Assembly (NCBI GenBank): GCA_002633005.1
Contig: NMRA01000119.1
Span: 564,578 to 628,577 of the forward strand
Origin: Phoronis australis
Lineage: Eukaryota; Animalia; Phoronida
Direction of reading: 5' to 3'
DNA: 64,000 bases
Shown: one piece after another, positions 38,701-49,000 of the stretch
Numbering within the stretch: the stretch's first letter is position 1
Layout: each line of letters begins with the position of its first letter
Program-made: the position numbers and the translations under genes
Notes under the pieces: model-generated
Told to the model about the DNA's origin: nothing
Databases searched by the model: none
What the model saw: the letters and a program-made list of their open reading frames with translations, nothing else

Positions 38701-41700
38701 CCACATAGGCGGCGTTCATGAGCTTAGCCTTGTTGAAGACTTGTGGAGAACCCTGGAGGAAAATGAAGAAACAGTGTCTAAAACGGACAATCACTCCGAT
38801 ACTCAGAAATCAAGAGTCCTCCTTTGACAGGATGCACAACTAGCACTTGGCTGCTCAGAATGATTGCCTACATGAATTGAGGCGAAACCTGCGGGAAGAA
38901 CTTTGACCTTATGAAACACATTTAGAGACTGGGATCGAAAAAGCTGCGCTTTTGAACATAACTGTGTGCTACAATTACGACGGTTTGACTTAGAGACACA
39001 ATGTTTTGATCATCGATGTCAGTTTGTGTTGCTTGAGCAATGCAAGCTTTTAATACGTCCAAAACCATAATCTCACGCAGCATGTCTAAATCCTGCACAT
39101 TAAAGGATTTTAACCACTGCTGAAGTCATTCGGTTCTTCCTTCTGAACCTAACGAATGTCTGCGATTCTACTCTTTATAAATCCCCAAAGGTCTTTGTAT
39201 AAGTCTCTGGCACCAACTCGTGAGATTGCAACATATGAGTTTTTACTATATCATAGTCTGCCGTTTCCTTAACTGAAAGCGCTGTAAACACCTCCTCATC
39301 CTTACCAGTTAAAGATGCTACATCCTCATTAAACCCGTAAATATTCGACTTGTAGCAAGCGCCACCTAGTAACTTCCTGAGAACTGTGTACAAGAGTAAT
39401 CAGGAAATAAAGCAATTTGTAAATAAATTGCGCTTTTAAAGAAAACGCAATAGCTGATACATTTAAAAACAAAACAGTGTGAACAATGAATCGACTAATG
39501 TGCCGGTCTACAAAGGCATTGGAGTAGTCAATGGCTAGTATTCAATCAAGAGGTAGATCGTATAAAACGAACCCTGGTAAATAATAGCCACACCAATGCT
39601 TTTGTATCCAGCGGCATATTAGTCGATTCATGTCAAAAACTAATTATGAATTCAATAATTAGTATTTCACGCTTGCCGTGTCCTACTGTGTACATGTATG
39701 TTACTAGCTTTTGCTCTGTGGTGGTTGTCATTTTATTTCCACTTGAGAATGAAAGTATGTTGTTGTCCTTAAATCGCATTTATTTGAATTTTACCGTTGC
39801 AATCAGACTTAGAAAACAGTCGAAACTCAAATATAGTATTTCGTACTTTGGAGTGTCCAATCTCGTGGCCGAAAACGTTCGCGTCAAGAAAATAATCATG
39901 ACCATGACTTGGACTTTCATTCCCTTTTCAAACTTTCCACGAAACTGTACTTTTTTCAAAACACTCAAACCCACTCAAAATAAAATGTTGGAAGCGTAAT
40001 TGTAAAACGCTTAGCCGGGAGTGTCTCCAATGGCGGATTTATGGGGGGCAAGGGGGCCGTGTCCCTTAAATTCTCCCAGATTCCATTTGGCAATTCGGGG
40101 TGTGCATGTTTGACGGGTAAAAAACTGGCTAATACTTTGCCCTACCCCCCACAATTCAAAATCCTGCATCCTCCCTTGGTCTCACAGAAACAAACAAACA
40201 GTGGCAGCATGGCTGATCCATTACCAAGGGGACTTAGTTCAAGAACAATCTCCTTCCCATTAAAAAACTGCATCATACGGCGTTTTTTTTGTTTTTTGTT
40301 TTTGTGTTTGTTTTGCATGAGCAGATTTCTGTCTCATCCCGTACCTTTAAAGCGCTGCATGGCGACACAAACACTGTTTTGGCGCCATTAAAATGCACGT
40401 TTTCACACCCTCCGCCCAAAGGCCTTACTCGAGACGGCCACAGCAAATAAATTTAGGGAAAAGCATTCGTAATTTTCACATTCACATTTAGTAGGTCTTG
40501 AGTCACCCAGGAATTCCATGATTTCCGATGTACTTACTAGGAACGCAGGTAAATACTCAGTCCACAGACAGGTTGTTTTATCCACACAATTTACATTTAG
40601 CGTTACAAAATTGATATGTCTCGGAGCACTCGATGAATTTTCTGTAGTTGTGTGGAATCTTATGAACCGGTGCAAGGTGTGTGTAGGCCCTCGTTTTTGT
40701 GCGGTCACGCCTCGATCGTGTTATAGCTTAATGTTTTGTCCATTAGTGAATCCGGCGTGGATGTTCAGAATGCCCCCCTGTAGAACATGTCCACCTGCAC
40801 GTATTTTAATGCTAGAATACGGGTCCGTTCTTCAGTGAATTACCTGGATGCCGCATCCATTCATGTAGGTAGGACATATTACAGGAGCCGGGGACATTTA
40901 CTTTCACGCTGCCACTGAGCCCGCAAAATCTGATTCTTTGCTATGACATGGATCGGCGTGGGGCCGCGTAGTCGTGGGGCCTCCGCACAAGTGCCACAGT
41001 GAACCCTGGGGAGAAGACGGCACTGGCACACACACCCACCGCATCCGATCACTACACAAATTTGTCTGTCGTTAGAACGACGGAAATAGCGGCATTGTTT
41101 TCACATCAGTGTCAAGTTATTTTTTTAATGGAAATTTCATTATTGGATATTTATTGGTTGCTGATCTCAATATAAATACTTATCATTGCAGCTTTCCTGG
41201 AGGCGAGTTATAGTTCTATCCGATCTCGGGGCCGCGGACTCGCACAATCGTCTCTGCGGTTCTAAACTGACTACAGGCACAAATTGACCGCAGTCTTTAT
41301 TATCTGACAGGTTATTGGGGACCGTAGGTACATGCATGCACCAAATACTCCTGAAACTGTTAGCAGTTAGGTACACGAACTCAACACGCTAACCGGACGA
41401 GATTCAAGCCTCGTTTTGGCATTAGAATGTCAACCGTCCATAAATCTTAAATTAAATTTATATATTAAAACGCTAACTTTGGACCCGGATTTTGGCTTGG
41501 ACTCCGCCGGTCAAAAACAACTAGAGAACGGCCGCGAGGACACCCTCCCCCACCCGACGCCTAATTCTTATTCGTTCCCGCGACGGAAAAGGGGCGGGTT
41601 CTGCTACTCTTTTTTACTTTCTTCTTACCAAATCGTGACTTCCGTCGATCCAACGAATGCGCTTCTTTCTCGAAGTCAAATTACTATTCGGCGGGTATTC

Positions 41701-44700
41701 GTCCGCCCCTTGCGTTTTCAGTTTACGCCTACTAGGTTGCTTGCTAATATTTGGCGGCGACAGAAATCGAAGAAACGATGAATCAATTACCGAAATGCGA
41801 GTCAAGCGAAGGGGCGGCCTCGGTACTTCATGCACACCCGTTCTCCGCCGCGTAGGCGTAATCTGTGTGCTGCGGTCGCGTACGTACTTCACAGAAAATT
41901 ACCGCGAAACCACGACGAGGTGACTGTGGGAGTTCCTCGCTTATTCTTCCCGTTAACAGTTCTTTTATATTGGCGGTAAGTGCACAAGATCTAAAGCTTT
42001 TTTCCAGTCTTTAATGCAGTGCTATAGCCACATGCAATTCCATTTGTTGTCAATATTTTGCAAAAAGCAAACGGAGGCCCATGCACAGTCACGCCGGGGT
42101 GTACCTTTGTAGGCGTACAACTACTAGCCCACAGAGTCAACTGTTAAAAAATTCGTGTTTTCCGTTTTAATCATTCGTTTCGGCTTTCGATGCGCGAGTC
42201 CTGGTGTGGAATATCATAAACAGTAGAAGATCACCACATTTTTGCATTTTGGGTTCAAATTCAATTGTAAACAAAGAGGGTCTCTAATGTAAAAGAGGGT
42301 GTCTCGCATCAGGTCAGGTGTTTACGGTGTTTATCTAAGTAAACCTTTGCCTCATTGGACTGGTACAGAACGACATAATCTCCCTGGGAATTTTCTTTTA
42401 ATGGTTAAAAGTTTTCAAGTAGTCAAAAAACGTTGATCACGTCTAGAATCGTATTCCAGTCTCCATGCCTGACACTTTCAGAAAGACCTAACTGGACTCG
42501 ACCTGGCAGCCGTTCTTTGTTGTGAGCCAAAAATGCCTGTATGTTACAAGTTACCTAAACCTCATGATAGAAGCGCCAGCAAACTGGCCATGAGTTCAGT
42601 AACGCTGGGATTTCGCTAAAAAGCAAGACTTCGCGAGATTATCTGAGGTGCTGCTGTGCATTTTAAATGAGAACACGTGATTTAGCAGGATTTTTGCGAG
42701 GTCTTAGCATTAATGAACTCTACCCTGTTGAAGCGATAAGTGAGAACTGGTCGTAGAGAACATTGATGGATCAAAATGGCTCCCTGCAAGTATACCTTAT
42801 CGTTGGTTTTCTTTTCTCTTTTACAGGTACCGCTTACTACAAAAAACAACTCAAGATTGGAAATGGCTTTTTGTAAATAATTAATTAAAAATATCGATTA
42901 CTGGTTGAAAACTTCATCTTCATGAAGCAAAGCCTTTGGGTGAAGGTCGTTGAACTTTTCTGCCTACGAACACTAAATTTCCATGTACCTGGTCGAACAT
43001 TGTTTGAATGTCAGCGTACAATGCAGGATACGTTAAAAGAAGTGCATGTTAGACTCCATTTGCTGAAAAACAAAACAGTGTTCAGAGACGTGTGTTCCGC
43101 AGAAGTTGCTGTATTTTACATGCCAGTGCCACTGCGCTTTCTCTTTGCCACATTCTTTTCGCACAGCAATCGACACCATGCTCTACTATGATGGGAATTA
43201 GGGGCGGATCCAGGATTTTGAGTTGGGGGGAGGCAGGGCAGAGTATTGGCCAGGATTTTGCACGGCATACATTCGCACCCCCGAACAACAGCCAAATGGA
43301 ATCTGGGAGAATTTTAGGGGGGGGGCATGGCCCCTCTCCCCCTTAAATCCGCCACTGTGAGTAGCACTGAGAAAGTTTGATTGAGGACTTTGTACAATAC
43401 AGCTAAACACGTGAAACGTTCATTCACGAATAGATCAGTACATATGAATTACCACAACCACATTGTGTAAGGTGAAATAACTATAAAAACGGAACCCAAT
43501 AAAAATGAAATGCGATAACCAAAATGGATGACAATAGGAAATGACAATTAAAATCGTTGATAATAGCACAGCTTCTACGTGACGCTCGCTGGTTCCCTGC
43601 TGGCGCGGCTACCGCCCCCACCTAGCGGCACGCAGGGAACCAGCGAGCTACGTGACGTTTCTGTTTCGTAACTCAAGCATGTATCACCAGGGAAATTTCC
43701 GGTGTCTAGCATAAGCCTGGCAACAGCTGATTCCCTTATACTACCTGGCACAAGTGCGTGGTCTATAATACTGTACCATCCTACCTGTTCGCTGACGACG
43801 AACGTGAAGTCGGCATTTTGCTTCTGTAGTAATCTAATGAGAACGTTCAGAAGTTGAAGCAAGTGACTTTCTCTGTCGCGATACGGTATAATTATCGCCA
43901 CCTTGTGTCGGGCAACGCAGTTGCTAGGAGACCAGCTCCCTTCTGACATTGATTCATATTTTTTGCTTAGGAAATCCATTGACAGGTTTTCTTTCGCAGC
44001 TGCAGTATCACTGAAGGGTTTGTCTGAAATGTACGCAAAACATCGTTTTTATATTATGCGATGTGTTTTCAATGGAATACTAGTGTCACTTATGTGATTG
44101 CCCACAAACCGTAATCAAAGCATACTCGTTCAGGTTTTGCCCAAATCTCCGACGTTGTCCTAGTTTTTGTGCAGTGTTAGCATGCTATAACTGTTGCTAG
44201 GAAATGGTGCGGGTCAAATTAATATAACAGACATAAGTGAGCTGTTCGTTCTTTGAAACAAGTACAATGCGCCTGTTCCCATGTTTTTGCCCATAGTGCA
44301 GCTCATCAGTTTAAAGGTACTGACCTTTGTCTACCTGCAGTACCCGTTTCTCAAGTCTGCAATCTATGAGTAGTCTAGGTGTCCTGGTATAATTTGGCTG
44401 GCCAGATTATTTTAATGGCACGCTCCCCGTTAGTCGCTGCTGAGGCTCTGCCTCTAGAGGGCGGGGTCCTGATTTGGGCTGTAGTACCTCAGTTAGCTAA
44501 ATTGTAGGTCAAACACTGTATACATTTGCTCCCCAAGAACAGCCGGGACCAAGCTCTTTGTCTCTCCATTGCAAAAATGTCCCTTTTGTGGAGTTCTAAA
44601 AGCACAAGGCGCAGGAATCTGACCCACCCACCTGAGCGGCCCTTTCCGTATACGTCTCCTATCCAACTGCCCAGTGTCGCCAAACGTACACTTTCATTGA

Positions 44701-47700
44701 CGTATAAGGCCTGTAGCAAGGGGGGGTCGATCGGTTTGATCGACACCACCCTTCTGCGGGAATAGATTCTGTCCCAGCCAATCCGTTACGTATACGATAT
44801 AGATGAGCAACAAAATTGTTGTAGTCATTATTGATACTACTCAGTACAATGACAAACAAGTTAGTAAAAAATTCGTGCTTGCTTCTGATTCAAAGCGCTT
44901 AACCTAATCTGTTCGGGCCGTGCTCGCGTAGATGACAGGATGGTGCAGACGATTAGCTAGAGGACACTTCATGTTAATGATTGTCTTAAAGCCACCATAT
45001 AACGACCAAATGGAACATGTTAGATTTATGTATCATTGATCGACACAAACACATCCTCTCTTCGTTTACTCCTGACGTTAACTAATTACGCCAGTGTTAT
45101 TCCTAATTTTCTATAGTATTTCAATTCCTCAGAATCCATAGAACGTGGCCATCCATGTTTGACATGCTGCAATGCCCTTAAAATATAAGAATCTTTTAAG
45201 GATTTCTTTGTGAACAATTTAAATTTAATTGGCTTATTTGTTGAACAGAAAAAACTGCGTTCACGTCTGCTTGCTCTTCCTTCCTGTCAAATTGCGGATC
45301 GTTACCACATGGTAAACGACTCAATGCATCTGCATTCAAATGATAAGACGTCTTCCGAATATTCAAACTGACACAGAAGTAATGCCCATCTGGCCAGTCG
45401 ATAAACTGCCATTCAGGAACTCCTTTAGTTGGTCCGAAAATGTGATCAGTAACCAAAATAATTCGTCGTCTGTAAAGAAAATGAGGAAATTTCTTCAGTG
45501 CAAAATGACTGCAAGAGCCTCACTTTGAACTTGGCTGTATTTCCTTTGCGTATCCGTGAGATTCGTTGAAAGATTGGCAATCTGTCATTCACTTCCATCC
45601 GGATAGCGATGAAAAAGAACAGCTCCAATCCCAACATTGGAAGCATGGCAGGAAATTCCTAATTGTTTTGTCGGGTCAAAATGAGCAAGAACTGTGTCTA
45701 TACATAGGATTTCTTTTTAGCTTTGAACAATTGAACTCTTTACGTGTTAGACGGTTGAGAGGGATCAGTTAAAGTAGCTAAATTCGAGTGCCGAGTTTCC
45801 ATAGAACTGTAACGACCCAAAGAACGAACGCAGATGGGAAACATCCGAAGGAGCAGGCATCTTTAAAATAACATCTACCTTATTTCCCTTTCTAATGCCT
45901 TCATGAGAAAGCATGTTATCAAGGTGTTCTACAGTCTTTTGGCCAAAAACACATTTTTTCATACAACATCTCATGCCATTATCTTGAAGTAAATGTCGCA
46001 CGTTTTGGAGATGTTCAACAGAATTGCGACCGCTCACTAAAATATCATCTCAATTTACAACCACACCATGTAAATCACTAGTCAATTTGTCCATCATATC
46101 CTGGAAATAACAAGGGGCTGAACTAATGCCAATTGGCAATATGTTTGTAGAAGAAATCCACGATGTGTGAATAGTGCCAGACGCCTTTGACTTGCCGGTG
46201 TTAATTTAATCTGATTATACTCATCAGTTAAATCTATTTTTGTGAAATTCTAGCAGCCACTGAGTTTTCGCATTAGATCTTCAGGCGGGAGTAGTGGATG
46301 ACGGTGAGTTTCAAGTTGAGGATTTATCATGACTGAGTAATCTCCACATACGCTTAACTTCCGTTTAGCGGTGCTTTTCTTATAGGGACAACAGGTGTTC
46401 CGTACTCATCGAATTGTGTTGGTTCCCAAATTCCGCGTTTAACACCAGCCTCATACGCCTGATTCAAGTCATCCAGTAATGCAAAAGATACCGTGGGAGG
46501 TTTGCACAATATTGGTTGAATATCGGGCTTGAATTTTATATCTAATTCGGTATCTTTTTTAACAGCCCAGTTCGGATTTTAATAAGTCTGGAAATTCATT
46601 GCAAATGTTTTTGCATGCTTGCTGAAACTTTACATCTTTTCCCGACCTCATGATAAACAGCACCAATTCTGTCCCGTTGGTTGTCCTCAAGCAAAACAGG
46701 AACCTCACAGAGAGGAGCAGTGACATCGATTCTTATTTGTCGAACTGCCGTTCGGCTTCTTAAATCGATTTTGCTAAATACCATTTCAATTTTTGCACAA
46801 TGTTGCAAGTTAGACTGTAACTTTGCATCTGCAACGAAAATTCCGAAGACTGGTAATGGTTTTTCATTTGCTGTGTAATACCGACTATGTGATGGAGATA
46901 GTACTGGTTTCCCTAACTTGACCCAAACCTTCTCCGACACGAAATTGTCCGATGATCCAGTGTCTACATCAAAAACCTGGTTCTTTTCGCAAATGTGCAC
47001 AAAAACCTGAATTGGATCCCGGTCCGAAATATAAGTACATGTCTTACTAAAATATTGCTCACTTTGGTCTCTTCATTTCTTATTTTACTTAGACTCTACG
47101 CCTCTATATGACCTTTCTCGTGTCATAAACGACATTCAGCCGTTTTAAACCGACAATCAGGTGCGAACTGCTCTCTTTTTCCCCTCGGGCGGTGATTCTC
47201 CAAAATCCACGAGGGCTCTAGATAGGGGGGATAACGACTGAGAACATGTAATAATCTATTTTTACCACATACTGAACGAGAAACGTTACAATGAATCGAT
47301 CTACCTTGCTCGACTGGCCTGGGCTTTGTAACTACTTTCTATGCCAGAGGCCCGGGGCGGAGGTCGAGCTATTTTTGTCAAATAAGGCTTTTACTCAAAA
47401 CCAATTGAAAATTTAAACAAAACAGAAATAAAGTGAACTATAAATTAAGGTTTAGCAACTATTATACCTTACTACGCATCTTATCATGCAAAGCTTCGAC
47501 CGGGAAAATATCGTCTGCTAAAGTAGGTTACCACTGGTAACTGAGTATAATACTCAAGTCAACGAATCCCGATTACACGATACCCGCATTCAAATTGGAG
47601 ATCGGTGATTTACAAGTGAGAAAATGAGATAAAAAAATTCAATGAATTAAAATATCACTTTTAATGGTCGGTACAATGCCCTTTGTTGAACATGCGATTG

Positions 47701-48360
47701 CTGCGCGTGCTCATTTATGTATTCTATTTTCACGTTCGATGACGTCAGCTACTGAGTGTAGCAGCGGAAAAGTCGACGACTCGAAACCAGCCTCGTGTTC
47801 CCGTCAAAATGTTATTCAACGCGCGTTGAATAACTAAATAGGTTCAGTATTTAACTTTTGTATTGATCAGGCACATAAAAGTGGTATAAAAAACAATACT
47901 ACAGCAATACTGTTTCACGTAACTAAATTTTATACTTACAAGATTCCAAACCTTTGGGAAAGCAATCACATATTGGCAACTTTTTCTTAGCAGACAAATC
48001 AGTTTGTCCTGATGCTGCCGGTAGGTGACACTCAAACATCTGTTTTATATCATTCGCGTCATGAAGCATGTCTGGCTTAAGTGTACTCTTTAAAACAATC
48101 GTCGTAGATATGATTGACCCATTTATCTTTATGGTGGTCTTGGTTTTCTTCGAAATTGACCGTGTGAGAGAAGAAACTGCTGCATTTGTTGTAGCATCCG
48201 TTTCGTTAACAACTGACTGAGTGCCTCTAAAGTCTTCATACGCTATGTTCCACTGATGTTTCCACGTCAAAGTTACAATGTAAACCGCCCAGATAACAAG
48301 AAAGAGGAACATTGTTCGTTTTTGGCGCCATATCAACAGCAACAAGGAGCGGCAAAGCAT
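29589..48360 (-). CDS. B4GALT: GT7-family beta-1,4-galactosyltransferase / beta-1,4-GalNAc-transferase (B4GALT/bre-4-like), 6 coding exons: 48360-47940, 44023-43785, 38752-38565, 38454-38332, 33876-33772, 29739-29589; 1227 nt, 408 aa
   Basis: Manual splicing gives one uninterrupted frame with canonical GT-AG introns (phases 1,0,2,2,2). It has a type II TM N-terminus and GT7 motifs KVAIIIPYRDRESHL, FNKAKLMNAA, FFHDVDLIP (DxD), FIGGVS, WGWGGEDD, KYHMVKH and GGLSTL. The symbol is family-level only; the paralogue is not resolved. Confidence 0.93.
30365..30500. repeat. ~135-bp palindromic hairpin element
   Basis: Perfect 19-bp stem gacattattccgcgtatcg (30413-30431) / cgatacgcggaataatgtc (30440-30458), extended imperfectly outwards. 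Confidence 0.8.
30413..32175. other. Tandem duplication around a single n (31166), probably an uncollapsed haplotype overlap
   Basis: 30413-31165 is nearly identical to 31167-32175 apart from scattered SNPs and a 256-bp extra segment (31463-31718). Confidence 0.85.
30723..31062. mobile_element. MITE with ATGAARCGCCAAAGGG TIR and internal ~21-bp tandem units (second copy ~31733-32072)
   Basis: Long TIRs; units ttttgcttaatctacrygtac, about six on the left and two inverted on the right; nested in an outer tccgtagacgyaaga inverted pair (~30627 and ~31146-31160). Confidence 0.75.
32772..33389 (-). mobile_element. Kolobok-type non-autonomous DNA transposon, copy 3 (internal ~120 bp tandem duplication)
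   Basis: TTAA flanks; reverse complement of copies 1 and 2; tatggcaagacataggcgttgcatatt...gagattagaaactct repeated at ~32974 and ~33095. Confidence 0.75.
33772..33876 (-). CDS. B4GALT-like coding exon 5 (metal-binding MxxH, flexible loop)
   Basis: tttcag acceptor; VLKKDIKLITLPLTLAKYHMVKHEHDKDNPITNI; donor gtaag; 105 nt, phase 2 at both ends. Confidence 0.92.
33955..35730 (+). mobile_element. 5'-truncated LINE (RT + C-terminal region), same family type as 22.9-25.6 kb, in B4GALT intron 4 (antisense)
   Basis: GTLQGCIISPLLF, LLYADDMV, IVFRNG, YKYLG, LCYGAEIWG, GECGRYP, EDEYHFLLVC; AATAAA at ~35723; colinear with the 24-25.6 kb copy. Confidence 0.9.
38332..38454 (-). CDS. B4GALT-like coding exon 4 (WGWGGEDD motif)
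   Basis: tttcag acceptor; QFWDKFIGGVSVFTPEVYEKIDGHSNLFWGWGGEDDNIYR; donor gtaatc; 123 nt; absent from the ORF track. Confidence 0.95.
38565..38752 (-). CDS. B4GALT-like coding exon 3 (DxD motif)
   Basis: ctccag acceptor; GSPQVFNKAKLMNAAYVEAKKLGNFSCYFFHDVDLIPEDERILYTCPSTVRYQGTAIDKANY; donor gtaag; 188 nt. Confidence 0.95.
39040..39325 (-). mobile_element. Gypsy (Gmr1-like) Gag/SCAN-type fragment
   Basis: LTGKDEEVFTALSVKETADYDIVKTHMLQSHELVPETYTKTF matches the recurrent Gag pattern LTGKA...Y..L......DYD.VK...L..YELVPE.Y...F. Confidence 0.7.
40028..40178. mobile_element. MITE family B
   Basis: Reverse copy of 43199-43357; perfect 5-bp TSD GTCTC. Confidence 0.8.
43199..43357. mobile_element. 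MITE family B
   Basis: taggggcggatccagg ... taaatccgccactg. Confidence 0.8.
43584..43648. mobile_element. 65-bp mini-MITE
   Basis: Perfect 17-bp TIR GCTCGCTGGTTCCCTGC flanked by the 8-bp direct repeat TACGTGAC. Confidence 0.8.
43785..44023 (-). CDS. B4GALT-like coding exon 2
   Basis: tttcag acceptor; KPFSD...GSWSPSNCVARHKVAIIIPYRDRESHLLQLLNVLIRLLQKQNADFTFVVSEQ; donor gtag, phase 0. Confidence 0.93.
45140..47175 (-). mobile_element. Ty3/Gypsy LTR-retrotransposon gag-pol relic in B4GALT intron 1
   Basis: Domain order: zinc knuckle remnant (CRFKTAEC...KGHI, ~47110-47155), protease FDVDTGSSDNFV, RT (GISSAPCYFQ, V*DDILVSG, KKCVFGQKTVEHL), RNase H (EALAVI, TDH, NADALSRLP). No LTRs identified. 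Confidence 0.9.
47185..47412 (+). repeat. Partial copy of the 21.7-22.6 kb fold-back family, truncating the Gypsy relic
   Basis: Near-identical to 21770-21990 (gggctctagata...ttactcaaaaccaattgaaaa). Confidence 0.8.
47940..48360 (-). CDS. B4GALT-like coding exon 1: cytoplasmic tail, TM helix, Ser/Thr-rich stem
   Basis: ATG at 48360 (MLCRSLLLLIWRQKRTMFLFLVIWAVYIVTLTW...LPICDCFPKGLES). Donor gtaagt at 47939, phase 1, joins exon 2 as T|AC (Tyr). A tttcag acceptor lies just upstream, so the exon starts at 48383. Confidence 0.85.
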
Positions 48361-48871
48361 TTCTGTGTACCTGTCTCTGGTTTCTGAAATTATACAAAAC
48401 ACTCAAGCAAAAAAGACTAAGATTAATCTTCAAGAAACATGAAAATTTCCGAAGCCTTTGGAACAAACAAGTCCGGTCTACTGTGGAATACCAGCATCAG
48501 ATTTACATTTTTGTGCACTTTACCTCGATGTATGACAACGTCCATCATATGAACCGAACATTAAACAACGGGAAACTCAGTTCCCTGTGTTGGACCACAA
48601 CCCGTTACAAAGACGTCCAAAAAGGATATAGCTGCAAGAGACAAGTCACGGTTCTGTTGTTCCTCGAAAGGTTTGAGACATATCGGTGCAGCATCGCAAC
48701 TTCACCCCAACATGGATTCTACTCTTCGTGAAATTATGTATTGTGCGTACAAACGGACAACGCTGACTCTGACTCATGAAATCAAACGAAATTAAATCAA
48801 CACAAACAAATATAAAACAAGTACGAGTGACAATTAAAACAATACTCCACATGCAAACGGTTAATTCTTAC

Positions 48872-49000
48872 TTCAACATAACGCGAAAGTATTCATTCCG
48901 GCTTCCGTGACTCGAATCGCGGCAGCACTTGAATTTTTTCATTGGTTCCTCCGATTTGAGCGGCTGAGACACCTGAGAACCAATCAGGTGTCTTAGCTGG
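48872..49000 (-). promoter_or_regulatory. Putative promoter and non-coding first exon of the B4GALT-like gene
   Basis: Minus-strand donor GAA|gtaaga at 48871 could pair with the acceptor at 48384. CpG-rich patch with ETS-like CGGAAG (~48902-48907) and two CCAAT boxes (48941-48945, 48980-48984). Inferred; no transcript data. Confidence 0.45.

Noticed and set aside
40770-40910. RNase MRP-like P4 words (gtccccgg ... gggggcatt) on the minus strand
   Set aside because: The pairing is part of a nested long stem rather than a pseudoknot, and the other conserved regions are missing.
44490-44700. Possible RTE endonuclease N-terminus (LATLGSW...ELHKRDIFAM) on the minus strand
   Set aside because: Too degenerate to support without a search.
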